Shown here in pieces: positions 41,751-54,384 of a DNA stretch of 64,000 bases. Below the pieces are notes generated by a model that was given only the letters and a program-made list of their open reading frames with translations, did no database searches and was not told the origin of the DNA. Source of the stretch: Octopus vulgaris (Eukaryota); NCBI GenBank assembly GCA_951406725.2, contig OX597817.1, positions 93,930,001 through 93,994,000 of the forward strand, given 5' to 3'. Position numbers and translations under genes: made by a program. Position 1 is the first letter of the stretch. Each line of letters opens with the position of its first letter.

Positions 41751-43528
41751 TCATTGCAGTCTTCATTGAGTGTGTGTTGTTAGTTGTGACCAGACGGTGA
41801 ATTTTTTCTGTGTAAATTGATTTGATATCGCGCGAGGCGTTTGCCTCCACGTGTGGAAACCTTCCGAAGAAGGTGAATTGACCCTCTAATCATGGCGACT
41901 TACGCGGGGGTCACCGGAAAAAATAGCGATTCGTCGCTAATTGTAAGGGAGGTGTTCCTTGAGAAGGAGAAACTCAAAGAATATGAAAAGCTTTTCAAAA
42001 GGGAGGGTGATAGCGTGAAGCTAATCCCCCCCGCGAAATCAAAAGAGGATAAAGAAAGCAAGACGGTGACATATAGAACCCAAGACAAGGATACGAAGAA
42101 ACTGGCAAGAGTGGAGATAGACGAAATTGAGAAATGTCTGGGAAACATAATGGGGAAAATAACTTACGTGAGTAGAGGCAAGAAATTTGGTACGGTGGAG
42201 GTGAGATGTGCAACGGAGGAAATTGTGGCCTCACTGGCTACCACCGTACTAAGAGCCGAAAAATTCACAATGTGGCCCTCATACAAGGGAAGAAGAGGGG
42301 TCCGGGTTAAAATCCCGAATATACCCCCAGAAGTGAAAATAGAATGGCTGGCAACATCTATTCTAGGAGCAGCAGAAGAGAAAGTGGAGGTAGAATCAAT
42401 TAAGGAGTCCAACGCGATAAATTGGAGAGGATATGGGGTAGAATTGTGGCTGATGGCCACAAAAGAGGATATTGAAAGGTTTCCCCACAGAATTGAAATT
42501 GAAGAGGAAAAAACCCTCAGCGTAATTGTAGAGGGGAGAAAACCAAACTGTTACTTGTGTGGGACAAGGGGGCACATTAAAAAAGAGTGCCCGTTATATG
42601 AATTCGTAGCGGAGTGCGAGCAGGAACTTGAAGAAAAGAAGAATACTGTAAATGAGAAAGAAAGCATAGAAAAGGAAACAAAACAACAAGAGAAAGGAAA
42701 TAATAAGTCAATGAAGGAAAAAGAAATAAAAGAAAAGAAAGAAATAGAACCAAAACAGAGTCAGGGAAAAAAAAGGAAAAAGAAACAATAGGAAAAAAAC
42801 AAGAGAGAGATCAGAATCAAACGAAAAGAAAGGACGGCACACAAAAGGAAAAAGAAAATACAGGAAAGGAACAGAAAGCAAGAGAGAAAACAGACAAAGA
42901 GCCAAAAAGACAAGAGAAGGAAGGAGAAAGAAAAGAAGGCAAAAAGAGAGAAAGAGAGAAACAAAGAGAGGAGAACAAGGAAGAAATAAGCCCGAAAAGG
43001 AAGATGAAGGAAAACGCAGGACGGAAACAAGATTACTATTACTACAAGTTAGTAACCTACCATTTCTGCCCTGTAATGAATGACTTAACAAGTAAAACGG
43101 AGGGACATGTATGGGTCAACAGGATGACCGACCGGTGGCAGGAGACTGCCCTAATCCCCGAGGAAGTAGTCGTCGAGTTCTTCAGAGCTGCCGGGGAAAA
43201 TGTAATATTTTACACGAAGGTTCGAGTGAGAGAGCGGCTGCCTGAGGATTCAGTGATGGACTTCAGAGAAGTAGAAAAAATCATAGAATATGTGTAAAAT
43301 TGTGAGAGGAAAAAAAAAAGAAAGAAAAAATTTGGTGAAATATTTGTGATAAAACTGACGAAAATGTAACCTCTTGATTCCAGGGATCGATTTACATCTC
43401 ATTGTAAATATTCTTTCATATGTCATTATTACTTTTATTTTTTCCTTTTCTTGTCATTCGCTTTCTTATTTTAAGTTCCCCGATTGTATTGTCCCCTCTA
43501 TGCTCGCCCCTTGTGGGTGGTAATAAAA
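41751..43528 (+). mobile_element. ORF1-only (gag-like) non-LTR retroelement, unit B, apparently full length (1778 bp)
   Basis: Starts TCATTGCAGTC, has a 140-nt 5' UTR, ORF1, a T-rich 3' UTR and the shared 3' tail. Confidence 0.85.
41892..43297 (+). pseudogene. Tx1-type ORF1 protein (~470 aa when the frameshift in the A-tract near 42770 is repaired)
   Basis: MATYAGVTG start (xYAxV motif), RGKKFGTVEVR, CYLCGTRGHIKKEC. ORF 43004-43297 is the continuation in the shifted frame. Confidence 0.8.
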
Positions 43529-43787
43529 TCATTGCAGTCTGTTAATTGCGTAGTGAGTTATTATATTTTCCTCTGTTATATTCTACTGTGTTTTTGAAGT
43601 ACTGTTGACTTTGTCTGTATTGTCTGTTGTTGTACAATTATTGTAATCATCCTTCGTGTGAGGGCTTCGTGTTGGTGTTCCCCCCTCCGTGGGGAAAAAA
43701 CTATTATTATTGCTGCATTTGAGGCTTGCAAAACCAAAAACTTTTTGTCGCGGTTGTGCTAAAGGCTTGTTAAGTCAGTGTTAGGAG

Positions 43788-45093
43788 ATGGACACCCCCA
43801 TCTCCTATTCACATGTGACAAGTGATGCAGGATCACCGACGGTGTCGCCGAAAAAAAAAAGAAACCCCAGCACCAGCTAGAAAATTTTCTGAAGTAGCTG
43901 GAAAGAAAATTTAAAAAATTAACACTGAAAACCTGCAGAAATACGCAGACTGTTTGATAAAAGAGGGCACAGAATTAACGGTGGTTACTAATGCCCAAAA
44001 GCAAGAAGAGATTGATAAAAAAAGAATAATATATAAGACATTCAACATCACAAGTAAGTCTATTCAAAGAATAGAGGAGAAAAAGATAGAAAACTGCCTG
44101 AAGCCGATATGGGATAAGATTACGTACATCAATCGCGGGAAAAAATACGGCACAGTGGAGGTGAGATTTGCAACAGAGGAAGTAGCCAAAAAGCTATCCA
44201 TGGAACCCATGAAAGCGGAGAATATTGTTCTCCTCCCCTTGTATAGAGGCAAAAGAACCTCAAGGATAACAATGAACAATATTCCGCCAGAAGCGGACGC
44301 CACATGTCTGGTGGCAGCAGTTATGGTAGGCCTGGAGGAAAAAATAAACATCCTCCAGGCCACAGTAGAGGAGGAAGAAAATTGGAAAGGGCAGCGTATA
44401 ACGATAGCCATCCAGGCAGAGATACAAACACTGGAAGAGATTCCGGAGACACTGAAAATCAGTGAGGAGGAAAGAGTCACAGTCTTTGTAGAGGGCAGAA
44501 AGCCGAGGTGCTTCGGCTGCGGTAAGAAAGGGCATGTAAGGGCAGAATGCCAACCCAAACCGCAGGAAGCAGCCCAGCCAGGTGGAAGAACAGAAGAGGT
44601 GTCACCAGAAGCAGCGCCGGGCGGCCCAGAAGGGACGGCTGAAGGTGTGGAAGTGACAGAGGCAGCAGAACCGGCGGCGAAGGTAGCGGCGGAAACAAAG
44701 AGCGAGGAAACGAAAAATGAGGAGGGGTGGTCAAAAATCACTAGGAAAAAAAGAAAAACTGAAACCACCCCTCCGAAAGTAAACCAAAAGAAAAAAAGAG
44801 AGTCTTTGAACTCATTTATGGCCATTAAGGCCTCAAATAATAGACTCGGTAATGTGTTGGCAGCTATGGCCAAGGTAGAAAAAATTGGAAGAAAAAATGA
44901 TTACATATTGTACAGAATAGGCCGGAAGGATTACGGACGAATAAAGTCCGAATTTTTTCATGACGTGGGCCCCCTCAGAATGGATATATCATCACCATAT
45001 ATATTCGAGGGCCTGCGTAAGACTCCCACACGAGGCCCAGAAAAAGAGGAAAAAAATGAAGAAGAGAAAGGAAAAGTCGAACCACTGATATAA
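43788..45093 (+). pseudogene. ORF1 gag-like protein of unit C
   Basis: ATG 43788 MDTPISYSHVT, disrupted near the A-tract at 43851-43860. Open from 43954: RGKKYGTVEVR, CFGCGKKGHVRAEC. Confidence 0.8.
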
Positions 45094-45101
45094 GGTAAGT
45101 C

Positions 45102-47948
45102 ATGGATTACATTTATGTTGGTTGTTTAAATGTGCGCGGCCTGGGATCAAGCTGGAAGCAAGGTCGCTTCCTTAATGATATCAGGTCGCGTAATTTGGAT
45201 GTTATTGTTGCTACAGAAACCCGGTTAGAGGGGCCAAGAGGTCTACTCCCGCTGTTTGACGGCTACGAGAGTTTTTTCGCTCCGGCCAGTCCTACAGGCG
45301 GGGGTGGGGTGTTGGTCCTATTAAAAAGAAACCGGGTTTTTGAGAAAAAGATAATTTTTTCAGACCCAGAAGGAAGGCTGGTCGTCATGGATTTGACGTT
45401 CAGTAACGGTAAAGTTATCAGACTGGTTGCGATTTACGCACCCAACCAAAAAGGGCAAAATGATTATTTTCGAGAACTGGAAAACTTTCTTGGTACTTCG
45501 CATTCATTAGTTGTGCTAGGAGACTTTAACACAATTTGCAAAGCGGATGTAGATTGTGTTGGCTTGCGTCCAGATAGAAAAGGTAACATTGGCTTCCTGG
45601 AACTGCTAAGCCGCTTTGAGCTAGCAGATCCTTATAGGTTGGAATTTCCGAACGCTCCATTGTGGACATGGTTAAACAGCGACGGATCTTCCAGGTCATA
45701 CATAGATAGGATACTAATTAGAAAAGTAGACAGAAAAATAGCTAAGTGTCCACAGTTTTACCTGATCAGCTACAGTGATCATAAAATGGTCACCTGTAAG
45801 CTTGACATTGGAAGCTCCGGTTATTGGAAACTTAATAATTTTGGCGATTAAGGAGTACAGAGACCGGATTAGGACTATAATTCAGAGGACGCTATCTGGT
45901 GCCATCATTAATAACAAATGGTGGTATGCCCTCAAGCGAGCCATCAAATTCGAGATATAGCATAGGATTAGTGGCTAGAGAGGCTAGGAGGGAATCTACT
46001 CTAGTTAAGGAATTAGAGGAAGCCTTGAAAACTGGCTCTGCGGCTCAGGTGACGGCCAAGAGACTGGCGTTAAACCAGCACCTCGAGGCCAAACACATGG
46101 GCTGCATTGTCAGGGCTAGGATCCGCGCAATGGGTTGTGAAGGAATCAACGCCGTGAGATGGGCCCGAGTGGTGGAAGCTCAGCGTGGTAACAACGCCAC
46201 GATTCGATCTATGACGAACCAACAAGGTGAGTTGATAAACGAGCCCGAGGAGATGTGTGAGGCCTTTCAGGAGCACTTCGCTCAGCTTTTCGGTGAGGGC
46301 GGCGGACTGGATAGGAGGAGGGCCTTTACGGACCTCCTCGACGGGCTTCCGCGCTTATCGGGGCGAGATGTGGAGGGCTGTGAAGGGCCAATCACGCCTG
46401 GGGAGGTAGTTGAGGCGATGGCGGACTGCGGCGCGGGCAAGGCGCCGGGTTTAAATGGTCTACCCTATGAGTTATATAAGAGTATGCCAGACTTTGAAGA
46501 TTTTGGCCAAAGTGTTATCGAAAAGATTGGCGCGTGTCGTGGATGGTCTGATCGGGGAGGCACAGACATGTGCCGTTCCCGGCAGAACCATTCAGGATAA
46601 TCTCCATCTTATGCGGTACGCTATAGAGTGGTTTAATAGTGATTCTGGCAAGGGTGGGGCACTGGTCCATTTAGACTAATCTAAAGCATTCGATAGGGTC
46701 GACCATCGCTACCTGGTATCTGCCCTGGCACAGTTCGGGCTGGGCCTTGGCTTCCTCAGGTGGATTATCCAAATTTACGACAACATCGACTCGGTAGTTC
46801 GGGTGAACGGCTTCTTGTCGAAGCCGTTCAACATTAGGCGCTCGGTTCGTCAAGGGTGTCCGCTCTCCCCGCTTTTGTACGTGGTAGCTCTTGAGCCATT
46901 ACTGCGAAAACTGAGCGGCATCCCGAGACAGCCAGGTTGTGGAAAATCGGTGTCAGCGTACGCGGATGACATCACCATCATCGTAACCGAAATGGATCAC
47001 CTACAGAGGGTAGGCAAGGCCATAGAGGTTTTCGAGACGGTGACAGGAGCAAAAGTTAATCGTGAAAAGTCAGTCGGCTTGCAACTCGGCACTTGGAGAG
47101 GCAAGTCGATGCCTCCTGACAGCGCTGAGGTTAAGACATCTGTGGCTCTACCTGGATGGTGAACGGGTGTGGTCTCTGCTAGCAAACTGATGTTTCCCAA
47201 GTTCACTAGTTTCGGTGGATGGGAAACCTGGCTGAATCGTAGATCGAAACTGGGCACATGGTACACGGAGTGTCGCAAGGCTCTCCTGCTATTCCGTTGC
47301 TCGGGCAACACCTTCGGTGGGGGTTCCACCACATTCTTCTATAGAGGGTTGGTAGAGGCGGAATGTGAAGATACCTTGGGGGAAACCCTAGGTCTCGACG
47401 ATAATCAGCTGGTCAGTCTGTTCCGACGTACGTTCGAGCCGAAGACACTGGACAACTTCCAGAAGTCTCTGGCATGGCAATGCTACAGAGGAGCTCTACC
47501 TGTTCGGGATAAACTCGCAAGGCACGGTGGCCAAGACAGTCCGATATGTCCAAGATGCGAGCGGGATAGGGAAACCGTCCCGCACGCTATTGTTCATTGT
47601 TCGGTCGTGTCTGAGGTGTAGGTTTATGCCGAACAGCTGTTGTCAAGCACACGAAGAGTACAGCTGTCGACTGAGTCTATTACAAAAATTGACCCACCAG
47701 ATTTCCTCGCGAAAGAAGGTAAGAATTGTTTTCTCGTTGTAGTAGCAATTGCGAAAGAGGTGATATGAAAGACGAGAATGAAAGGTTTACGGTCAGGCAA
47801 GTTCATCTCCGGCCCTGGTTTGATGAATTACTTCATCTTTCACCTGAAAAGGAAGATAGGGCTGGAGAGAAAATGCCTGACTAAGAGAGTGTACGAAGAA
47901 CGATGGAAAGATGTAGCACGAAAGTTGCGAGTGGATGATACCACATAA
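45102..47948 (+). pseudogene. ORF2: APE endonuclease + reverse transcriptase + C-terminal zinc knuckle; frameshifts and internal deletions
   Basis: LNVRGL, IYAPN, LGDFN, YIDRI, SDH, GYWKLN; KAPGLNGLP, LD*SKAFDRV, VRQGCPLSPLLY, AYADD; CPRC..ETVPHAIVHC. Confidence 0.9.
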
Positions 47949-50238
47949 ATGTAAAACTAGACGAAACCAAAGTATCAGTGGGGAGGCGGGGCTCGTGGGG
48001 TCCGAGCTAAACCCGCTCCCACTCCATCCGTAATGTCTTCCGGTCTGTTCTTCATTCGAATTTTTTGCTATTTTGTCATTTTTGTAAATTTTTAAATTCA
48101 CCTTTTTTGTAATCCCATCCGTTAATCTGACCCCACATCAGGTTGTATTGTCCCCTCTATGTTCGCCCCTTGTGGGTAATAATAAAACAATTCCAGTCTG
48201 TTATATATTTTGAGTATTGTTATCATTAGCGATATCAAGATATAACTTTGTATTTTGCATTTTATGTGTAGATGTATATATATATAGATGTACATGTAAT
48301 ATGTACACATATATATACACATATATACATGCACTAGCACTATGACCCGGCAACGGCGGGTCTTTAATGCTAGTGTGTATATATATATATATTTATATAT
48401 ATATGCATACACATATATATGTATGTATATATACGCAATTGTTAAGTATGAGTTTGCGTGTGCGTGTGTGTTCCCTTTCTTCCCTCTACATCCCTTACAC
48501 ACGTCACACAACCTATATCCGTAAGTAGATGTGAAATACATATAAAAGAAATCAAAGCAAGTTTCACTACAACGTCTGGTGGAAGTTCTCTATTGTCGCC
48601 ATTGGGTAGACATCTACTCATCCCTGCAACACCTATAGAATCATTAAAGCGAGCAAAGTGGCACCTTCGTTTTATTTAGTTTCTTTAAAAACAGTTCAAC
48701 CGTCGACATGCACTCCTCAGTGACACAGTAGTGGTTTCTCGTCATATAGCGGTGATGAAAGCAATGTTGTGGTCGTTGGCATCAGCAAAGTGGCCAACCA
48801 CATGTAAATCTCCCAACAAAGTTACCTATTTAGGGTGGGTTCTATTCGTCTTTCATCTTTTGATTGAAGATACTCTATTAGATAGCTGACAGAGATCTTC
48901 CTGATCTATATTCTAAGCACCATATTTTATCTTCTACATTCTTTCTTTTGAACATTGATAAAACAATATGTGTTATTTCTAAACCTCAATTGACTTCACA
49001 AAGGCAAAAGAACGACGGAGAGTTTATAGTATTCACCCCATCTATCAAATCTCTCGCTAAATTTTTTGCTAATAAATTACGTTATACAAGAGTTTAGTGG
49101 CAAGTGTCCCATTCTTCCACTCTTCACGGCAATTGGCACCTACAATCTCCCATATGTACAACAAAGGTTAAGAGGTAAATTTCGAGGTGTTAAGTGCTGG
49201 GTCGTGCAAAAAAAAAAAAAAGATAAAAATTGGGAAATGTTTAAAAATTCTTGACTTCCGACCTCTAAATATCAGAATATTTGATATTTCCATCGTAATA
49301 AAGATTGGTCAGCGGAGAAAACAACTCAGAAGACCTGTTACTTTTCAGGGCCTCTACGACAAAAGACAGGAAGTTAACCTCAGATGAGAAACATGACGCA
49401 AATGCTTGCAACAGATTCGGCCCACAAGCACCATGTTGAAATCAGGTAAAGTCTCCACCCAACAGCAAGACTGGTCCCTCTGACAAGGCTTCCACATAGT
49501 TTCTGTCCACAAAATTTCACTTACAATGCTTTGGTGTTACCGAGGCTTATTCAATGAGATGGAGTATGAAATCACGTTATTGTAAAATGAACTACTTCGT
49601 AAACATGCAGTCAAGATTCAGTTGCATTCTGTATTACACGACTGTTTTTTCTTAGTTGAACTGGACGAAATTAACAGCAACAACAACGACAATAATATAA
49701 ACAACTGAAACCATAACATCTAGAACAATAGCAGCTACAGGAATAACTATGATAAAATTACTAGCAATTATAACAGCAACAAGAGCAACATCAGTTACTA
49801 CAACGACAACAGTACAAAATATCAACAATAACAGCAACAACCACAACAAAACCAATAACACGAATAGTAGTTACAACAACAATCACAGAAACTACGACAA
49901 TAATAAGTTGGAACTGTTAACTGAAAAGCTACTAGTGTTATGCAAAAGGAGTTTTTCAGATTCTAAATTCCCGAGAGATAGAGAGAGAGAGAGAGGGAGG
50001 GAGGGAGAGGGGGAGAGGAGAGAGGGAGTGAAAGAGACGGGTAGGGCTGACATAGATTGATAGAGAAAGATGGTAAGATAGGTAGATAGGTAGAGAAAGG
50101 GAAAGTGAGATACATACATTGATTCATACACATGGAGGGAGAGAAAAAAACAGAGGGAAAGAAATATATTTTAAATATATATATTTTTTCTCTTTTTCTT
50201 TCTTCCTCTCACTCTCTCTCTGTCTGCCCCTCTCTCCC

Positions 50239-50323
<85 letters not shown>

Positions 50324-50473
50324 AGGAGGAGGAGGAGGAACAGAACTAAAAAGAAATACAGAGAATCAAATTTCCATTCACTCGATTTTTCCTCCTTCTT
50401 TCTCGTATTCTATTTCTGTCACACTCTTACATACACACAAACATACACACGCGTACACACACACACGCACGTA

Positions 50474-50525
<52 letters not shown>

Positions 50526-51752
50526 GTATATACATTCTCTCTCTTTGCTTCACTCTCTCCCTCCCTCCCTCTAAATATGTGTGTGTGTGCGCGCGCGCTT
50601 GTCTGTGAGTTTGTGTGCGTATACACAAATGATAATGAAATATATATATACGGACGTACATACATTCATACATATGCATACATACATATATGCTTGTGTG
50701 TGTGTATGTTGCATGTATGTATGTATACGTAAATATGTATGCATGAATGGCTTTATGAATGGATGTACCTAGGTATATATAATATATTTCATTACCATTT
50801 AGTAAATGATAAATATACCACATCTGTTACCAAGTAGCAAGAGTTTAGTGTCAGAGAATCACTGATTCTACATATGATGCTATGGAAATGTTAATGGTAA
50901 TTCTGTCTCTCGCCGAACATTCCAGATTTTTTATTCCTTTTTTATTGATTTCAATGGGAAATATTTGGCCTTTTCTTGGAGATGGAGATATCTGTTGCAG
51001 ATGATAGGGAGAGGCTGGCAGAAGATCAATAGAACTAGCTTTCAACTCTTTCTTTATTTCCTGTGAGGAATATGCGGACACACGTCGTTATCTATGTATG
51101 AATATACGCACATATGCACCTACATATACATATTACATATACACGTACATTAATACACACACACGCGCAAACATATATACACACATACATAGATACGTAC
51201 ATACGTACATACATAGATACGTACATACAAACATACATACGTGCATACATACATGCATACGTACATACATGCTCGTACATATTGTTTGAGTATATTTATA
51301 CATTATAAACAATTGCCTCACGATGGATATCAATTTTATGCAGTTACACATCTGAGTATATATCAATACATGTGCATGATTTTTAACAGTTCGTATATAT
51401 GCTCATATATACAGTAATACGCCAACACTCATGCGTATATAATAGCTTGTGTATTCGCATATATGTATATATATATATATCTGTATACACATTTAAATGT
51501 ATTTATACTTATATGTGAATTCATTCATATATCTGTCTCTGTCTGTCTGTCTCTCCCCTCTCTCTATATCTATCTATCTTTTGATCAGTATGTCACTCTG
51601 CTTGAATTCATGTTTGCCTGCCTATCAGCTTGCACATAGCTCTATACTTATTCACACACACAAATATACAAGCACACACTCTCTCACACATACACACACA
51701 CACTCATAAGATTGTATATAAAGTATTATAATAATGTATATGTATCTATGTA

Positions 51753-51786
<34 letters not shown>

Positions 51787-52140
51787 TGTTAATGTTAATA
51801 CTGTATTTGCCTAGTTAAAAACGTTTTACAAAATATTAGTTACTCATACATAGAGAAGGGGAGAGAGATTAACAATAGAATTAGACAATGTAGATATAAT
51901 GGATAAGATACAAGCTACTAATAAATAAAAGTACATTCTAAGGTGACAAGATAATTCTAATTATAAGGCAATGATGCCATTAAATATATGAAGAAATAAT
52001 CGAAAAAATAACAATGCTTCGCATGATCAAAGCTTTCTTCGTATTTATAACAGATTCACCTCTTTTGTATTCTAGGTTGATTTTATCTCTTTAAACGTGT
52101 TTCTTAAATATTTGTGCACGTGCTTACATACATACATACA

Positions 52141-52198
<58 letters not shown>

Positions 52199-53590
52199 TA
52201 TATATGCACATATGCGCATGTGGGTTTATGTATTGTGCATGTGAACTGCGAATTCAAACGGCTTCTGGAGGAATGTTGCATGTCCGGAAATATAATATAT
52301 AAAATAAGATAATATAATACGTACACGCATGCATACATATAGACAAACATGCATACATATACATATATATATGTATGCATATGATTATTTTGATACATAT
52401 GTCATGATTTTTTTCTTGTTGTGAATGACTGACTTTTATTACAGCGTTGAAATATATAGAAATAGGAAAGAAGAGAGATAAGAAAAGAGAATAAAGAAAA
52501 GGTAGAAAGAAGGTGGGTGGGTGGGATAAAGCAGCGGAAGAGGGGCGAGGGGATGATGAGCCACATATCCCAGATCAAATGGTGTGCTCCTACATACACC
52601 ATCTCGTGATGAATGCAGTCTATAGGGCACTCCAATAGATTTCAACTTCAAGATGAATTCCTAATATAATTTGAGACATGTAATAAAACTATATTTGTTG
52701 AAACACTTTCTTAAAAATTATTCTTTTGATAGTCATGGAATATTTGAACTCAGATGTTTCAACTGAATTTTGAAACCACCTGGCTTACTGCTATTGTATA
52801 TTAATCTGTGTCACTTAAATTTTTTATTTATTTCTCACTGTTGTCTTGTTATAGTTATATCTCTACATGTGTAACTAGTTTCCAGGATCACAAGGGTGTC
52901 CCGATATATTTTATTTTAATATGCCTTTCATTATTTCATTGCATTCATATGTATCTTTCTGCAACCTCAAGTTGCATAAGGCTCTTACGAAATCTCGTTA
53001 GAAATTCATAGTTAGTCATTTAGTCTTTTTTTTTTCTACATTCAGCTCGATGCCAGTGCTTCGATACCCGCCGGGGAGCTTCTTGAAAGTTTTGGAATTT
53101 GAATTCAGAATGCAAAGAGCCGGAACAGATACTACAGCATTCTTATAAGACGCTCAAAAATCCGCAGCCCTAAATTAGCGACACCGAGAGGTTGAATAGT
53201 AAAGTTGACCTCAATGGGACAAAGGTGCAGAGAAATGAAAGAGATACTGCTGAATTCAGTCAGCTGCGGTATATTTCGACAAAGAAGTACTCAATCAATT
53301 AGAATGCGTGTGAGTGGGATTGTGTGTGTGTTTGTGTGTGTGTATATTTTGTGTGTATGTGTGTATGTGTGTTTACAAAAGTCTGTAATTTCGTTTGGCT
53401 ACTTAGAGTTTCATAATTGCTTCTAGATTGTAAATCAATCTTCAGACAAGTGGAAAACACCAACTGACTCTAATTAGTGAATTCTGTGTCTTATGAAGAT
53501 TGTTTTTTTTAATTCAACGCCGGATATTATGAAACTCTAAGTAACCCAATCGATAAATAGCTTTAAATAGTTTTTATACGCACACGCGCG

Positions 53591-53651
<61 letters not shown>

Positions 53652-53684
53652 CACACACACACACGCACACACTCACGCACGCAT

Positions 53685-53757
<73 letters not shown>

Positions 53758-53944
53758 ATGAATGAGTCAGCTCTAAAATTTCTTGTCCTACTTCTCAGAA
53801 TTTTACCGTATTTAGTGTTTGTCACACTTCATTGCACACGCTCACGTTAAATACTATTTATTGAATATATAAGCATAATGAAAGATTATAGAAAATTACT
53901 ATTTGTAAATTTCTGAACAAGAGATATTCAGCAACAATACTCTA

Positions 53945-54227
53945 GAGTAAAGATTATTTGCCAACATAACATGGCAGTCCTGATTTAGGACGAATGTTGC
54001 TGTAATTTAGCACCAGGAGACATCGGGGTCATTTCTCTTCCGCGGCAATCGCGATATACAGATATTGTTTTGAGCGGAGTGGGGGTGTTAAATGCCCTTG
54101 TTCGAAAATATAAGGACACAAATCGTGTCGTATAGCCAGCTGGAGACGATGTCTCCTGGGGCTAAATTACAACAACATTCGTCCTAAACCAGGACTGCCA
54201 TGTTATGTTGGCAAATAGTCTTTTCTC
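53945..54227. mobile_element. MITE with ~80-bp TIRs and probable TA TSD
   Basis: GAGTAAAGATTATTTGCCAACATAACATGGCAGTCCTG..CCAGGAGACATCG is mirrored at 54148-54227. Confidence 0.85.
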
Positions 54228-54384
54228 TAGATGAAAGATTATTTCAATATGTTTTTCAGAGAATTGTAATGAAGTGGGGTAAGAAATTTTAGTAACGATT
54301 CACTATTATATTGTATGCGTGTATATACATGTGTGTGTGTGTGCGCGCGCGCGCGAGTGAGTGCGTGTGTATTCGTGCTTGTGT

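Larger units (their letters stand above)
43529..48187 (+). mobile_element. Tx1/L1-clade non-LTR retrotransposon, unit C (ORF1+ORF2), decayed
   Basis: 5' TCATTGCAGTCTGTTA, ORF1 with CCHC, ORF2 with APE-RT-CCHC, shared 3' tail ending AATAAAA. Confidence 0.9.
39755..48373 (+). mobile_element. Non-autonomous Helitron termini enclosing the Tx1 array
   Basis: A|TCTTTATATATATAAAA at 39755 followed by GTCTGTCTGT. Hairpin GACCCG-N7-CGGGTC then CTAG|T at 48370-48374. Confidence 0.55.

Noticed and set aside
41751-41762. Junction motif as a U1/U2 snRNA target (CATTGCAC in U1, ATTGCAGTA in U2)
   Set aside because: Only 7-8 nt match from memory, and no snRNA sequence flanks the array.
42764-42774. G GGA AAA slippery heptamer that would join ORF1 to its C-terminal domain by a -1 frameshift
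   Set aside because: Unit A is in frame at the equivalent position and has one more base, so a homopolymer deletion or sequencing error is simpler.
44064-44873. 269-aa antisense ORF, and similar antisense ORFs over units A, B and the RTE
   Set aside because: Shadow ORFs of the sense-strand retroelement coding sequence.
50851-51060. Possible minus-strand exon after a CCTCACAG acceptor
   Set aside because: The peptide is unrecognisable and cannot be supported without transcripts.
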